DNA of 64,000 nt, taken from contig DAHVQG010000005.1 in NCBI GenBank assembly GCA_027317865.1, forward strand, positions 128,001-192,000. Reading direction: 5' to 3'. Both the position numbers and the translations under genes were made by a program. Of the stretch, positions 47,966 through 58,983 are shown in pieces (the first letter of the stretch is position 1; the number at the start of each line of letters is the position of its first letter). This stretch comes from Bdellovibrionales bacterium. Lineage in GTDB: Bacteria; Bdellovibrionota; Bdellovibrionia; Bdellovibrionales; UBA1609. The notes beneath the pieces are model-generated. The model was not told where the DNA came from and did no database searches. It saw nothing but the letters and a program-made list of their open reading frames with translations.

Positions 47966-48726
47966 ACGACTCGCGCGGGCGAAATAAATTTTCGGTTGCC
48001 GTGAAAGTTGTGGTGTCGCTTCTCGCTGTTTCGTCTATTGTTTATGCGATTTTTGCACTTATTACGTCGTCCGTGTTTCGTATTCAATCGCTCGACATCT
48101 TACCGGTTAGAGAACCGAACGTAACAAGTTTTGATAAGGTGAAAGAGGCATTGCGCGTTCGTTTGCACCCGCTTCTGGGTCAGTACATATGGCATGTGGA
48201 TCTAGAATCTGTACTTACCGAAGTCGAAAAAAATCAACTTGTGAAAAGCGCGAAGATCCGGCGTATTTTGCCTAACCATTTGCAAATTGATGTGACCTTG
48301 CATGTACCAATTGCCAGCGTAATGGGACGACGGACCAGTGAAGTCTTTCCGCTGGCGCGTGACGGGGACCTTTTGCCGCCGCTGAGTTTGAACGACGCTA
48401 TTAACGGCCCGATTCTGAGTGGAATGAAATTTCTGATTCATCCCAAGCTTCGTAAAGAAGCCGTTAAGCTTTTGCTTGCGCTACCCAAAAAAGGTTGGCT
48501 TAGTTTGCGCAATATTTCTGAAATATATTTTGATAAAACGCGCGGCTTTGCGATGACCGTGAGCCCATCAGGCGCCGACGTTTGGCTCGGTTCGAAAAAT
48601 TTTGCGCAACACGAATTGCATGCACAACGTGTGCTGAACTATCTTGCGGATCGGCACCTGACTGGACGCATTATCGATGCGCGACTTGACGAAAAAGTTG
48701 TTGTCAAGCTGCGTAATGCTCCCTAG
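47962..48726 (+). CDS. ftsQ: Cell division protein FtsQ
   Basis: Single TM plus POTRA-like domain, C-terminal IIDAR; lies between ddl and ftsA. Confidence 0.8.
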   Translation: MNDSRGRNKFSVAVKVVVSLLAVSSIVYAIFALITSSVFRIQSLDILPVREPNVTSFDKVKEALRVRLHPLLGQYIWHVDLESVLTEVEKNQLVKSAKIRRILPNHLQIDVTLHVPIASVMGRRTSEVFPLARDGDLLPPLSLNDAINGPILSGMKFLIHPKLRKEAVKLLLALPKKGWLSLRNISEIYFDKTRGFAMTVSPSGADVWLGSKNFAQHELHAQRVLNYLADRHLTGRIIDARLDEKVVVKLRNAP

Positions 48727-48785
48727 GCTTAAATAGAGGCTTTCAATGGATGAAAGTCGCACGCCGTTGAACAACGACCGAGGAC

Positions 48786-50072
48786 ATGATGTCGACGATA
48801 GCTCCACGCCAGCACAGCCTGATTTGTGGTCTTGATATTGGGACGACGAAAGTCGCTTTCGCAATCGCCAGTGCTACTTCCAAAGGTCTTGAAATTTTAG
48901 GTCTCGGCCAAGTCGCCCATCAGGGTTCACGTCATGGTGTGATCGTGAATATTGAATCGGCAGCAGAAGCGATTCGCAAAGCTCGAGAAGAAGCGGAATT
49001 GATGTCCGGTCTTCGTGCTGATTCAGTTTGGGTCTCGATAGGCGGAACGCATATTCAATCTTTTGATTCGCATGGGATGGTTGCTGTCGCGTCGCGATCT
49101 GGCCGCGTCCCGACAGCTAATAACGGCCGAGAAGTGACGGCCGAAGACATTACACGTGTCATCGAAGCCGCCAAAGCTGTTGCGCTCCCGTCTGACCGGC
49201 AAGTGCTTCATGTGCTGCCCAAAGATTTTAAACTGGATGGACAAGAAGGTATCGCCGATCCAACCGGCATGAGCGGCGTTCGCCTTGAATCTGCGGTTCA
49301 TATCATTTCGGGCAATCAAGCGATCATTCAAAATGTTATCAAATGCGTGGAAAAGACCGGTCTTAGGGTGTCGGGTCTTGTCTTGACACAACTCGCTTCA
49401 GCGCTTGCGGTTTTAAGTGAAGACGAAAAAAATTTGGGGGTCGCCGTTGTTGATATCGGCGGCGGCACTTGTGACATAATCACGTTCGTGCGCAATCATG
49501 CGACACACACCGCGTGCATACCTGTCGGCGGGCAAAATTTCACTCACGATGTGGCACTCGGCCTTCGCACGACGCAAGTGAATGCCGAAGAGATTAAAAA
49601 GAAACACGGGCATACTGTCCCGGCTGCAGCTGATGATGGCGAAAGCATTGAAGTTGAAACCGTCGGCGGGCGTGCCCCAAGATCAGTGGGGCGGGCCAAT
49701 TTGGCGCGCATATTAGAGGCGCGGGCCGATGAAACGCTCAGACTTTTGCACAAAGAATTAACTGAAAAAAGTTTTAATTCAAAACTTGGTTCTGGGGTGG
49801 TGCTTACCGGTGGTGGAGCAGAACTCCAAGGGTTTATTGATATGGGAGATTTTATTTTTGATATGCCCGTACGCAAAGGTGTACCTCGCCGTTTGAGCGG
49901 TCTGACTGATGTCGTCAGTCAATCGGCATTTGCAACAGTTGTCGGACTTTTGTGTTACGGTTACGAAGTCGAGAAGGCATCTATTATCGGTCGAGAAATT
50001 AATCCAGGAATTAAAGTTCGTTTTGAAGGATGGGGTCAACGAATTAAGGACTTTATCGCGAAGTCAATTTAG
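48786..50072 (+). CDS. ftsA: Cell division protein FtsA
   Basis: GLDIGTTK, VDIGGGT, VLTGGG. Confidence 0.96.
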   Translation: MMSTIAPRQHSLICGLDIGTTKVAFAIASATSKGLEILGLGQVAHQGSRHGVIVNIESAAEAIRKAREEAELMSGLRADSVWVSIGGTHIQSFDSHGMVAVASRSGRVPTANNGREVTAEDITRVIEAAKAVALPSDRQVLHVLPKDFKLDGQEGIADPTGMSGVRLESAVHIISGNQAIIQNVIKCVEKTGLRVSGLVLTQLASALAVLSEDEKNLGVAVVDIGGGTCDIITFVRNHATHTACIPVGGQNFTHDVALGLRTTQVNAEEIKKKHGHTVPAAADDGESIEVETVGGRAPRSVGRANLARILEARADETLRLLHKELTEKSFNSKLGSGVVLTGGGAELQGFIDMGDFIFDMPVRKGVPRRLSGLTDVVSQSAFATVVGLLCYGYEVEKASIIGREINPGIKVRFEGWGQRIKDFIAKSI

Positions 50073-50081
50073 GGAGGATCC

Positions 50082-51626
50082 ATGTTTGAGCTCGAAGAAA
50101 CTTCAAGTGTGGGCGCCAACATTAAAGTAGTGGGTGTTGGAGGCGGCGGCGGAAACGCCGTTCAAACGATGATTGAGGGCGGACTAAACGGTGTTGAATT
50201 TTTGGTTGCTAACACCGATCGCCAGGCCCTCGGGGCAAACAAGGCCAGCAAAAAAATTCAGTTAGGCAGTGAACTCACAAAGGGCCTCGGCGCTGGCGCG
50301 AATCCTGAAATAGGCAAACGTGCCGCAATCGAATCGTACAATGATATTATGGAGAGTCTTGAAAACGCCGACATGGTTTTTGTTACGGCAGGCATGGGTG
50401 GCGGAACTGGAACCGGCGGAGCCCCGATTGTGGCAAAGATTGCCAAAGAACTTGGTGCGCTCACCATTGGCGTTGTTACCCGGCCATTTATGTTCGAAGG
50501 TAAGAAACGGAAAAAACACGCCGATCTTGGCATCGCCGAACTTCGCGAAAACGTCGATACGCTCATTGTCATACCTAACCAAAAATTATTGACGGTTGCG
50601 AGCGAAAAAACACCGCTCCTTGAGACCTTCAAAAAAGCCGACGAAGTGCTATTGCAAGCGGTGAAAGGTATTTCCGATCTTATTAACATTCGCGGGCTCA
50701 TCAATTTGGACTTTGCCGATATTCGCACGGTTATGGTGAACAAAGGTATGGCAATTATGGGCACCGGTATAGCTCGCGGAGACAATCGAGCCGTTGAAGC
50801 CGCCTCGCAAGCTATTTCATCGCCACTTCTTGAGAATATTTCTATCGAAGGTGCAACCGGCATCATTATTAACGTAACCGGCGGGCCGGATCTCACTCTT
50901 TGGGAGGTCAACGAAGCGTCGACACTTGTTACCGAAGCTGCCCATGAAGACGCCGAAGTTATTTTTGGCGCGGTTATAAATCCGGATATGAAAGATGATA
51001 TCCATGTGACGGTCATTGCAACCGGATTTCAAAATCAGCCTACAGAGGTGGCATCAGAACAAATTCAACGCATGCAAGCCGCAGCTCAGGCACAACTTGA
51101 CAGCATGACCCAGGCTGAAATTTATCGAAATTTTATGAGCCAAAATTTGGTTAAAAAATCACCCGCCGTATCACATGATGTATTGTCTGGCCATTTGCAC
51201 ACTCCTATGGCGCCGGCACAAACCGTTTCGTCCCCGGCATTTTCGACACCTCCTTCTGCGCCTGTTGCAACAGCAGCGCCGGCACCAATGCCTAAAACAA
51301 TTCCAACTCCGTCGCATGATGAAGGTGTGGGTTTGCCCGTGCAAGGTGATATGTTATCGCCGCTACCACCGCAAGAACCGGAGTCCGAGCATAAAATGTT
51401 GCCGCGCGATCTTTTGATTGCGAAAGCGAAGGCTTATCGAGAGGCTAAAGGTCGTGTTGACGCTGAACAATTATCTATGGCTTTTCATGACGAACTCGCA
51501 TCGAAACAAGCCGAAGGCGAATTGGCTCGCGACAGCAAAGACGCGGCAAAATCTCCGTTTGGATCAGACAATCTTGATATACCGGCCTATTTGCGCAGAC
51601 AAATGGAAGGGGATATAACACCCTAA
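50082..51626 (+). CDS. ftsZ: Cell division protein FtsZ with long linker
   Basis: GGGTGTG, NLDFAD, C-terminal LDIPAYLRR. Confidence 0.98.
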   Translation: MFELEETSSVGANIKVVGVGGGGGNAVQTMIEGGLNGVEFLVANTDRQALGANKASKKIQLGSELTKGLGAGANPEIGKRAAIESYNDIMESLENADMVFVTAGMGGGTGTGGAPIVAKIAKELGALTIGVVTRPFMFEGKKRKKHADLGIAELRENVDTLIVIPNQKLLTVASEKTPLLETFKKADEVLLQAVKGISDLINIRGLINLDFADIRTVMVNKGMAIMGTGIARGDNRAVEAASQAISSPLLENISIEGATGIIINVTGGPDLTLWEVNEASTLVTEAAHEDAEVIFGAVINPDMKDDIHVTVIATGFQNQPTEVASEQIQRMQAAAQAQLDSMTQAEIYRNFMSQNLVKKSPAVSHDVLSGHLHTPMAPAQTVSSPAFSTPPSAPVATAAPAPMPKTIPTPSHDEGVGLPVQGDMLSPLPPQEPESEHKMLPRDLLIAKAKAYREAKGRVDAEQLSMAFHDELASKQAEGELARDSKDAAKSPFGSDNLDIPAYLRRQMEGDITP

Positions 51627-51710
51627 TTGAGTCTAAGAATATTTTCGGCTTAAGCGATTGCGAGCGGATTTCTTGCAATTTTAGCTCCAGAGCTTAAACT
51701 CGACTCGTCC

Positions 51711-52463
51711 ATGAAAGCGTATTTTTTATCGGATATTCATTTGCAATCTATCGAGGAGCCGAACGCAAAACGGCTCCTTAGTTTTTTGCAGTCGCTCAAT
51801 TCGCCTGAAGACATCACCCATCTTTTTTTATTGGGTGATATTTTTGATTTGTGGATAGCCGATCATTTTTATTTCATTCAGAAATTTGTCGATATTAGCA
51901 GTGAATTCAAGCGGCTAAAAGAACTTGGCGTTGAAATTCATTATTTTGAAGGCAACCACGATCTTTACTTAGAGCACTACTTTGGCCAGGAGTTGCAGAT
52001 TCAAATTCACACTAAGCCAGAATATTTTCAGCTCGGGCGTTTTCGCGTTCGGGTCGAACACGGCGATCAAATGGATCCGGCTGATCGCGGGTATCGTTTT
52101 TTGCGATGGCTTTTAAGATCTCGTGTTATGACTTGGCTCGCTCCGCGACTGCCGAGCCGCTTAATTGTTTGGTTAGGTGAAAGGATGAGCGGCGCAAGCC
52201 GTAAATACACGTCGTCGCTAAAAACCATATCTTCAGAACAGGCAATGGAAGTCATTCGCCTCCACGCGCTTCGAGTTTTCGTAGAAAGGCCGTTTGATTT
52301 TCTCATTTGTGGCCATGTTCACGTCAATTTTGATTATATTTTGCCCGAAAGCGACCAAGCCAGGGTTTTAAATTTAGGCTCGTGGCATGAGCGCCCGCGT
52401 GCCGCTTTGCTCTCCGACAATGGGCTCAATCCGGATGTCGCGTTTTTTAAATCATCGCACTAG
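51711..52463 (+). CDS. lpxH: UDP-2,3-diacylglucosamine hydrolase
   Basis: SDIHL, LGDIFD, GNHD, HGD, GHVH, LGSW. Confidence 0.85.
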   Translation: MKAYFLSDIHLQSIEEPNAKRLLSFLQSLNSPEDITHLFLLGDIFDLWIADHFYFIQKFVDISSEFKRLKELGVEIHYFEGNHDLYLEHYFGQELQIQIHTKPEYFQLGRFRVRVEHGDQMDPADRGYRFLRWLLRSRVMTWLAPRLPSRLIVWLGERMSGASRKYTSSLKTISSEQAMEVIRLHALRVFVERPFDFLICGHVHVNFDYILPESDQARVLNLGSWHERPRAALLSDNGLNPDVAFFKSSH

Positions 52464-54256
52464 TGTCGCGGCACTAGCCGTAACAAGTCGGCGGCATTTG
52501 CAAGCGAGCTTTTCGTAATTTTTTCTCCAGAAAGCATGCGAGCGATCTCGCGTACGCGTTTTTCATGCGAAAGTTCATCAACTGACATTCGAACGCCGCT
52601 TGGTTTCGTGCCAGCGCGCAGTTCAGAGTAGGCGCTTTTATCCTGAGAATCGTCGACGATCTTTTGAATAACAAAATGCGTCTGCGCAAAGGCGGCCACT
52701 TGCGGCAAGTGAGTGACGCAAATAATTTGTTGGCCCGCAGCAATCTCAGCTAGTTTACGGCCGACCTTTTCTGCTGTGACGCCGCTGATACCGGCGTCCA
52801 CCTCATCAAAAATAAATGTCTGTGGGAGAGCGCTTGTATGATTTGCTGCGCTCCTGACGTGCGATTGGGCGACGGCGCGTTTCAGTGCTAGCAAAATGCG
52901 GCTGAGTTCGCCTCCTGAAGCAAATTTAGCAAGAGCACGCGGCTCATCGTCTTTAGAGTTTTGAATTTGAAATTCAACATCACTTGAGCCGGACGGCGTA
53001 AATTCGTCTAGCGCATTCACCTGAATGCTAAACAATAGACCCTTCATGTTCAAATCGGCCAGTTCGGCGTTGACGTTTTTAGCAAAAATCGCGGCGCCCT
53101 TACGGCGCTTTGCGTGAAGGTCGGCCGCGAGTCGCTTAAGCTCAAGTTCTTTCTGGCTCGTTAATTTTTCAAGCCGTTTGATTTCATCGTCGGAGCGTTC
53201 AAGTTGCGAAATCTCGCTTTCGATTTGCTCCAAAGCTTGCAAGACAGACTCCGTCGTACCGCCGTACTTCTTTTGCAGTTTTCGAATTTGGCTAACTCGC
53301 TTTTCTAAATCATCCAAAATAGCGGGGTCTTGCGAAAACTTTTGCCCGTATTCGCGTAACTGGTAAACCGCGTCTTCGATGAGTGTCTTTGCCTGCGTTA
53401 ACACTTCGAGATTTTGCGCCAGGGTTGCGTCGATGTTTGCAAAAATTTGCCCCTGCTGTATCACCCGATGGAGCCGCACGAGTGCCGATTCGTCATCGCT
53501 GTAAAGAGCCGACTCGCCGGCAGCAATAAATTCTAACAGCCGTTTTGAATCTTTTTGGAGTTGCAGCTTTGCCGCGAGCGAGTCATCGTCCTGCGCATTG
53601 AGCTCAACTGAACGAATTTCGTCTCGTTGAAAAGTTAAAAAATCAAGTCGCTGTTCCCGAGCGTTCGCTAAATTTTTTAAGTTGGCTAGGTCGGTAGTTA
53701 TGCGCAGGTGCTCTTGATACAATTTATTAAAAGTCTGCCTAAGTGGTAGAGTGCCGATCGCTTCGTCGAGATTTTCAAGATGAAATGATTTGGACTGCAA
53801 ATTGCGATTTTCGTGTTGCCCGGTCATTTCAATAAGCGGGGTGGGGCGCCCCGTCAGTTCAATCAAGGGCGCAACAATTTCACGTAATTGTTGAAGCGTT
53901 GATAAACTGCCATTTATGTAGACGCGGTTTTTGCCGTCGTTCGCAATTATCCGCTTTACCACTAGAAGGTCGTCCACGTCAGAATCTTGATTGGCGTCTG
54001 AAATTCCGGTTGTCACCAAGCGTGATTTAATGTCCGGCCTTTTGGCTATGTCGAATAAACCTTCAACGGTTGCGCTGGTGGCGCCCGTTTTAATGGCGTC
54101 GCTCACTGATTTTTCGCCCATTAAAAGCGCAAGACTTTTGAGAAGAACCGATTTTCCAGAACCCGTTTCGCCGCTGAGCACGTTAAAGCCAGGGCGAAAA
54201 ACAATATTCACGCGATCGATAATAGCGAAATTTGCGACTCGAAGTTCGGTTAACAC
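52460..54256 (-). CDS. recN: DNA repair protein RecN
   Basis: GETGSGKS, ASGGELSR, FDEVDAG, VTHLPQVAA. Confidence 0.96.
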   Translation of the reverse strand: MLTELRVANFAIIDRVNIVFRPGFNVLSGETGSGKSVLLKSLALLMGEKSVSDAIKTGATSATVEGLFDIAKRPDIKSRLVTTGISDANQDSDVDDLLVVKRIIANDGKNRVYINGSLSTLQQLREIVAPLIELTGRPTPLIEMTGQHENRNLQSKSFHLENLDEAIGTLPLRQTFNKLYQEHLRITTDLANLKNLANAREQRLDFLTFQRDEIRSVELNAQDDDSLAAKLQLQKDSKRLLEFIAAGESALYSDDESALVRLHRVIQQGQIFANIDATLAQNLEVLTQAKTLIEDAVYQLREYGQKFSQDPAILDDLEKRVSQIRKLQKKYGGTTESVLQALEQIESEISQLERSDDEIKRLEKLTSQKELELKRLAADLHAKRRKGAAIFAKNVNAELADLNMKGLLFSIQVNALDEFTPSGSSDVEFQIQNSKDDEPRALAKFASGGELSRILLALKRAVAQSHVRSAANHTSALPQTFIFDEVDAGISGVTAEKVGRKLAEIAAGQQIICVTHLPQVAAFAQTHFVIQKIVDDSQDKSAYSELRAGTKPSGVRMSVDELSHEKRVREIARMLSGEKITKSSLANAADLLRLVPRH

Positions 54257-54295
54257 GAGATTCCCTTCATATTTTGGCGTTCAAACAGCCCACTT

Positions 54296-55114
54296 TCAAA
54301 AAGCAAAATGCAGCCCTTCACTTGCAAAAAGACCCATCTCATTGCCGTTGGTAAAAGTGTTCGGAACACTCAGATACTCAATCTCAAATGTCAGCGCGAC
54401 GCGAATCGCTTGGCCGGTCGAATGCAACGAAAACCCCGCGAGCGGACCGCCAAAAAACGCATAACGATCATCGGAATACGGCGTGCCCGTCGGGCCACCA
54501 TCGCGTAATTGTGCGCGTAAATGGCTTGTCCCCGCTTCGAGGCCCGCGTAAACGCCGAACCAGCTAGCTGTGGCATGCCCCCACGAGTTGGCAAAAGTAA
54601 GCGTGTCGGCATTCAACGAGCTTACAAAAATATTGTTACCAAAGATACTGTCGCTTGAGCTGTTTGACCATGTGGCAGGATTATCTTCGTAACCGCTAGC
54701 CGACGTATAACGAAAGCGCATGCCGGCGTAATTGTCACCCGCCTTTGTTTCAAAATAAGAGGGGCCATACCATTGATGTATAACGGCTAAACTGAATTCG
54801 CCGCCGCCAAAAACAGAAGCGTCAGCTTCTAATTCGGCATCGTAAGTTTTCGTAATTCCGCGTGCGACTCGAAAGCCCGTAAACATTTGCGGAAAGACAC
54901 CCGCGCCGGGTTGAGAGCCAGACGGAAAATTTCGCGGTCCTACAGTTGGGCCAGCACCGTCCAGTAAGGCAACATCCCATTTTCCTTTACCCAGCGTCTG
55001 CGCCGAATTGTCTTCATGAACCGGAATTGCAACCGCGCAACCAAATAGCGAAGCGCCGATGAGCCCCACGATCAGAATTTTCATTAAGGATTGAACGGAT
55101 TTTGCCTCAGCCAT
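54296..55114 (-). CDS. Hypothetical lipoprotein / beta-barrel-like protein
   Basis: Lipobox LFGC; amphipathic beta-strand pattern; ends LHFAF. Confidence 0.6.
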   Translation of the reverse strand: MAEAKSVQSLMKILIVGLIGASLFGCAVAIPVHEDNSAQTLGKGKWDVALLDGAGPTVGPRNFPSGSQPGAGVFPQMFTGFRVARGITKTYDAELEADASVFGGGEFSLAVIHQWYGPSYFETKAGDNYAGMRFRYTSASGYEDNPATWSNSSSDSIFGNNIFVSSLNADTLTFANSWGHATASWFGVYAGLEAGTSHLRAQLRDGGPTGTPYSDDRYAFFGGPLAGFSLHSTGQAIRVALTFEIEYLSVPNTFTNGNEMGLFASEGLHFAF

Positions 55115-56017
55115 TTATCGCTCTCCGAATTTTAATTTTTCACGAAGCAAATCGAAATATCGGTGAGTTGGCCGTCTCAGCATGTAATGATTGCATTTTG
55201 CGCGAGTCACAATCACTTCGTCCCCCGCGATCAAATTCCCCCCCGTTTGACCATCTACTGTGAGCAGTGCTTTTTGTTTTTTCTTTAGAAGTTTGAAGGT
55301 GAGAGCCTGATCATCCGGGAACAAAATTGGCCGGTGGGTAAGCGAATGCGGGCATATCGGAGTTACGACAAAAGCGCGAACATGGGGATGTAAAATTGGT
55401 CCGCCGGCGGATAAATTGTAGGCTGTTGAACCTGTAGGTGTTGCAATGACGATCCCATCGGCCTTGACGTCGCCAACCAAATTTTCTTTTGAGTACATTT
55501 CAATGCTGATGAGTTGGCTGAATTGACCACGTTCAATCACCACGTCGTTGAGCGCTCGAGCTTCACTAATAATTTTGGAGTGACGGTGAACTTTTACGTC
55601 GATCATAGCACGCGGTCGCATTTCCATTTTTCCATCGAGAGTCATCTGCACGACAGAATACAAATCTTGTCTGCGATTTTCGGTAAGAAATCCAAGTGAG
55701 CCCATGTTCACGCCGAGAATCGGAATTTTCTGGCCGGCAAGCATTCGGACGGCGTGCAAATAGGTGCCGTCACCGCCCAAAACAATCACGAGGTCGACAG
55801 CCTTGAGCCAAGACTCTTTTACTTTTTTAACTTTATCGCTCAGTTTTTGCTGGGGATGGCTGAAGACTTGAATCGCACGCTTTCTCAACCACTCCGAGAG
55901 CTCAAATGCGCTTTTGACCGCGTTACTCGATTCTGGCCGATGCACGATTACCACTGATTTTATCTCGCGCTCAAAAGGAACGGGACGATAAGCATCAGAC
56001 AAACATTTCTTGTTCAT
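55115..56017 (-). CDS. nadK: NAD kinase
   Basis: GGDGT, GSLGFL, LND, TPTGSTAY. Confidence 0.95.
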   Translation of the reverse strand: MNKKCLSDAYRPVPFEREIKSVVIVHRPESSNAVKSAFELSEWLRKRAIQVFSHPQQKLSDKVKKVKESWLKAVDLVIVLGGDGTYLHAVRMLAGQKIPILGVNMGSLGFLTENRRQDLYSVVQMTLDGKMEMRPRAMIDVKVHRHSKIISEARALNDVVIERGQFSQLISIEMYSKENLVGDVKADGIVIATPTGSTAYNLSAGGPILHPHVRAFVVTPICPHSLTHRPILFPDDQALTFKLLKKKQKALLTVDGQTGGNLIAGDEVIVTRAKCNHYMLRRPTHRYFDLLREKLKFGER

Positions 56018-58065
56018 GTAACCTCATCGATAAGGCCGTCGCGACGTAATAACGCGTCGGGATCCGGTTCGCGACCGCGAAAGCGTATGTATAGCTCCAT
56101 GGGATGTTCTGTTCCGCCGCGAGATAAAATATTTTCGCGAAATTTTTGTGCAACATCCTTGTTAAAGAGCCCGCACTCTTTAAAATATTCAAACGCGTCG
56201 GCGTCGAGACTTTCAGCCCATTTGTAACTGTAATACCCGGCCGAATACCCGCCGCCAAAGATATGTGAAAAGCTGCACGTAATATTAATCCCTTCGACCT
56301 TGGGCAAAACACGCAAACGGTCGGCAACTTGGTCTTCAAATTTTGCGACATCTGAGATTTTAGACGAGTCGGCTGTGTGCCAAGCCATATCGAGATTTGC
56401 CAGCATAACCTGACGCAATGACTGATAGCCTGCCAAGTAGCGCGAACTATCTTTAATTTTTTTCACAAGGTCGGCGGGTATCAATTCGCCCGTTTTGTAA
56501 TGGCGCGCGAATATATCCAGACTCTCTTTTTCTTTGATCCAATTTTCCATAATCTGTGAAGGCAACTCGACAAAATCCCAGTAGACATTCGTACCGGCAA
56601 GCGAGCGGTAACGGCAGCGAGATAATAGACTGTGAAGCGAGTGACCGAATTCATGAAAAAGCGTATTGACTTCGTCGAACGTAAGAAGTGACGGCTCATT
56701 TGCGGATGGTTTTGTAAAATTACAAACGACCGACACGTGGGGATGATCGACTTGTCCGTGAAATAAACCTTGCTCGAAATAATTGGTCATCCAGGCGCCG
56801 CCGCTCTTACTTTCGCGCGGATAAAAATCGGCGTAAAAGAGGCCGACAAATTCATTCGTTTTTTCGTCGGTGACTTCGAATGTTTTTACGTCGGGGTGCC
56901 ATACCGGGTACGCATCTGACTCCTTGAACATCAAACCGTACAACCGCCGCGCGTGTTCGAAAGCTCCTTTTACGACGTTTTCTAATTTAAAATACGGGCG
57001 CAGATCGTCTTGAGAAAACTCGAATCTTTTTTCTTTTAACCGTTCAGACCAATATGCAAAGTCCCATGGTTCAAGCGGTATCGGGGCGCCTTTAGATTTT
57101 GCGAAATCTTCGATTTCTTTCACATCGCGACGTGCCGCCGGCAGTGATGCCACTTCGATTCGTTTCAGAAATTGCATGACACGATCTGGGGACTCGGCCA
57201 TGCGCCGTTCGAGCATGAACTCCGCATGATTTTTATAGCCCAAGAGTCGCGCTCGTTTCTCGCGCAATTTCAAAATTTGCAAAATAAGTTTTCGATTGTC
57301 AAAGTTGCCGCCAAATGCCCGCGAGCCGTAGGCGCGATACATTTTCTCGCGCGATGGCCGATGCGCTGCAAACTGCATAAATGGGATATAGCTCGGCATT
57401 TGAAGGGTAAAAAGCCACCCATCGAGATTTTTCTCTTTTGCGGCAGCGGCGGCGGCCGTCAATACGATGGCGGGCAAACCGGCAACTTCATCACGCTTAG
57501 TGAGGTGGAGAGTAAATTCGTTTGTCGCCTTTAATACGTTGTCAGAAAACTGCGGGCTGAGTTTTGATAGCTCTTCATCAATTTTTCTAAGTTCGGATTT
57601 TTTCTCATCGTCGAGTAAAGCTCCGTTGCGAACAAAATCGAGATAATATTTTTCAAGTAGTTTTGATTCTTCAACGTTAAGATTAAGCTTCTCGCGAAGC
57701 TCATAAAGGCTCTTGATGCGCGCAAACAGTTTCGTATCAAGCAAGATATCGCTTGCGTAGTTTGCAAGTAGGGGGCCAATTTCAAGCGCTAAATTTTGAA
57801 GCTGATCATTCGTGTGCGCATGTAGCAGGTTATAGAATGTGGTCGAAACCAAATCGGCGTCTTCACCCGCGGTTTCAAGCGCCACGATTGTGTTTTTAAA
57901 CGTCGCAGGCTCAACGTCGTCGCGAATACGCGAAATTTGTTTTTTTGCCGCAGCTAAATTTTCTTTCAGTGCCGGCAAAAATATTTCAGGAGTGATTTTG
58001 TTAAACGCGAGAGCGTGATGGGGTAGATCCAAATACTTGAAGGGTTCTAAATTTTGTGACGCCAT
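56014..58065 (-). CDS. M3A peptidase (Dcp/oligopeptidase A)
   Basis: FHEFGH, WDFVELPSQ, HIFGGGYSAGYYSY. Confidence 0.93.
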   Translation of the reverse strand: MASQNLEPFKYLDLPHHALAFNKITPEIFLPALKENLAAAKKQISRIRDDVEPATFKNTIVALETAGEDADLVSTTFYNLLHAHTNDQLQNLALEIGPLLANYASDILLDTKLFARIKSLYELREKLNLNVEESKLLEKYYLDFVRNGALLDDEKKSELRKIDEELSKLSPQFSDNVLKATNEFTLHLTKRDEVAGLPAIVLTAAAAAAKEKNLDGWLFTLQMPSYIPFMQFAAHRPSREKMYRAYGSRAFGGNFDNRKLILQILKLREKRARLLGYKNHAEFMLERRMAESPDRVMQFLKRIEVASLPAARRDVKEIEDFAKSKGAPIPLEPWDFAYWSERLKEKRFEFSQDDLRPYFKLENVVKGAFEHARRLYGLMFKESDAYPVWHPDVKTFEVTDEKTNEFVGLFYADFYPRESKSGGAWMTNYFEQGLFHGQVDHPHVSVVCNFTKPSANEPSLLTFDEVNTLFHEFGHSLHSLLSRCRYRSLAGTNVYWDFVELPSQIMENWIKEKESLDIFARHYKTGELIPADLVKKIKDSSRYLAGYQSLRQVMLANLDMAWHTADSSKISDVAKFEDQVADRLRVLPKVEGINITCSFSHIFGGGYSAGYYSYKWAESLDADAFEYFKECGLFNKDVAQKFRENILSRGGTEHPMELYIRFRGREPDPDALLRRDGLIDEVT

Positions 58066-58121
58066 ATTTTCTTATATGGCGTCCTGAGTTCATGCGTCTA
58101 TCAAAAATTTTGAGCCGGTCT

Positions 58122-58808
58122 TTAGCTGCCGTGAGCTTGAGTTTTTTGGTGGTAGATGTACATGAAAGCACCTGCGCCGAAGCCCGTGCCGGCAACTCCC
58201 GCACTATAACCATTGTATGGATAGTACCCAGGCCAAACAACGGGTACGGCACCTTGATAGTTAAAGGAGTTCCACGAACTGACTTGATCGCACTGGGTAA
58301 TGCCAGTCACGGGATCAACCGAGAAAAATCCGCAATTGTTCATCATGCCAGGTGAAAATTGGTACGGAAGGCCCGTGAAGTTGGTATATGCGGGCCCAAC
58401 AATTGGGTTAATCCCTGGATTGTAAATTCCCGAACAGCTGTACGGTGTAGCGCCCATGTTGTACGGATAAGCGCCGGTATTGTACGGGTACGCGCCGTTA
58501 TATGGATATGCGCCACTATACGGATAAGCTCCACTGTAGGGGTAAGAGCTCGCGCCTGTTGCGCTACACAAAGTCGTTGAAACCGCCTGACCGCCGTGCC
58601 AAGTGTCGATACAATTGCTTTGGCCCGGAATACCTTGCCACTGATATTCGCCGTTACCGCAGTTAGTGGCGTTCATATTGTAGCAAGCTCCATTGGGAGC
58701 GCAGTAGGTCTGATTATTGTTACTAGAACCATGATTACAGGCAGCTAGGAACGACAGACCAGCCATTATCGCAGCAAATTTCACGATTTTTAGCGTTACC
58801 CTTTTCAT
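58122..58808 (-). CDS. Tyr/Pro/Gly-rich repeat lipoprotein
   Basis: Lipobox LAAC; GAYPY repeats; GAGGAG SD. Confidence 0.8.
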   Translation of the reverse strand: MKRVTLKIVKFAAIMAGLSFLAACNHGSSNNNQTYCAPNGACYNMNATNCGNGEYQWQGIPGQSNCIDTWHGGQAVSTTLCSATGASSYPYSGAYPYSGAYPYNGAYPYNTGAYPYNMGATPYSCSGIYNPGINPIVGPAYTNFTGLPYQFSPGMMNNCGFFSVDPVTGITQCDQVSSWNSFNYQGAVPVVWPGYYPYNGYSAGVAGTGFGAGAFMYIYHQKTQAHGS

Positions 58809-58983
58809 ACGGATTTCTCCTCTAGCGAAAGACTATGAAAAAAATGGGCCAACATTAGCGAACGGTAAGCTATTGATTCGTCGCGCAAAAAGGCGGGGCA
58901 CAGCGACAATTTACGTACTTAGGGCCGAGATTTGTCACTTCCGAAGCATTGGTTTACCGTGTCTATTATAAGGAGGGAGTGGC

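Noticed and set aside
50258-51016. 252-aa antisense ORF within ftsZ (similarly 1374..2315, 36173..36745)
   Set aside because: Shadow ORFs opposite well-supported genes, with no motifs
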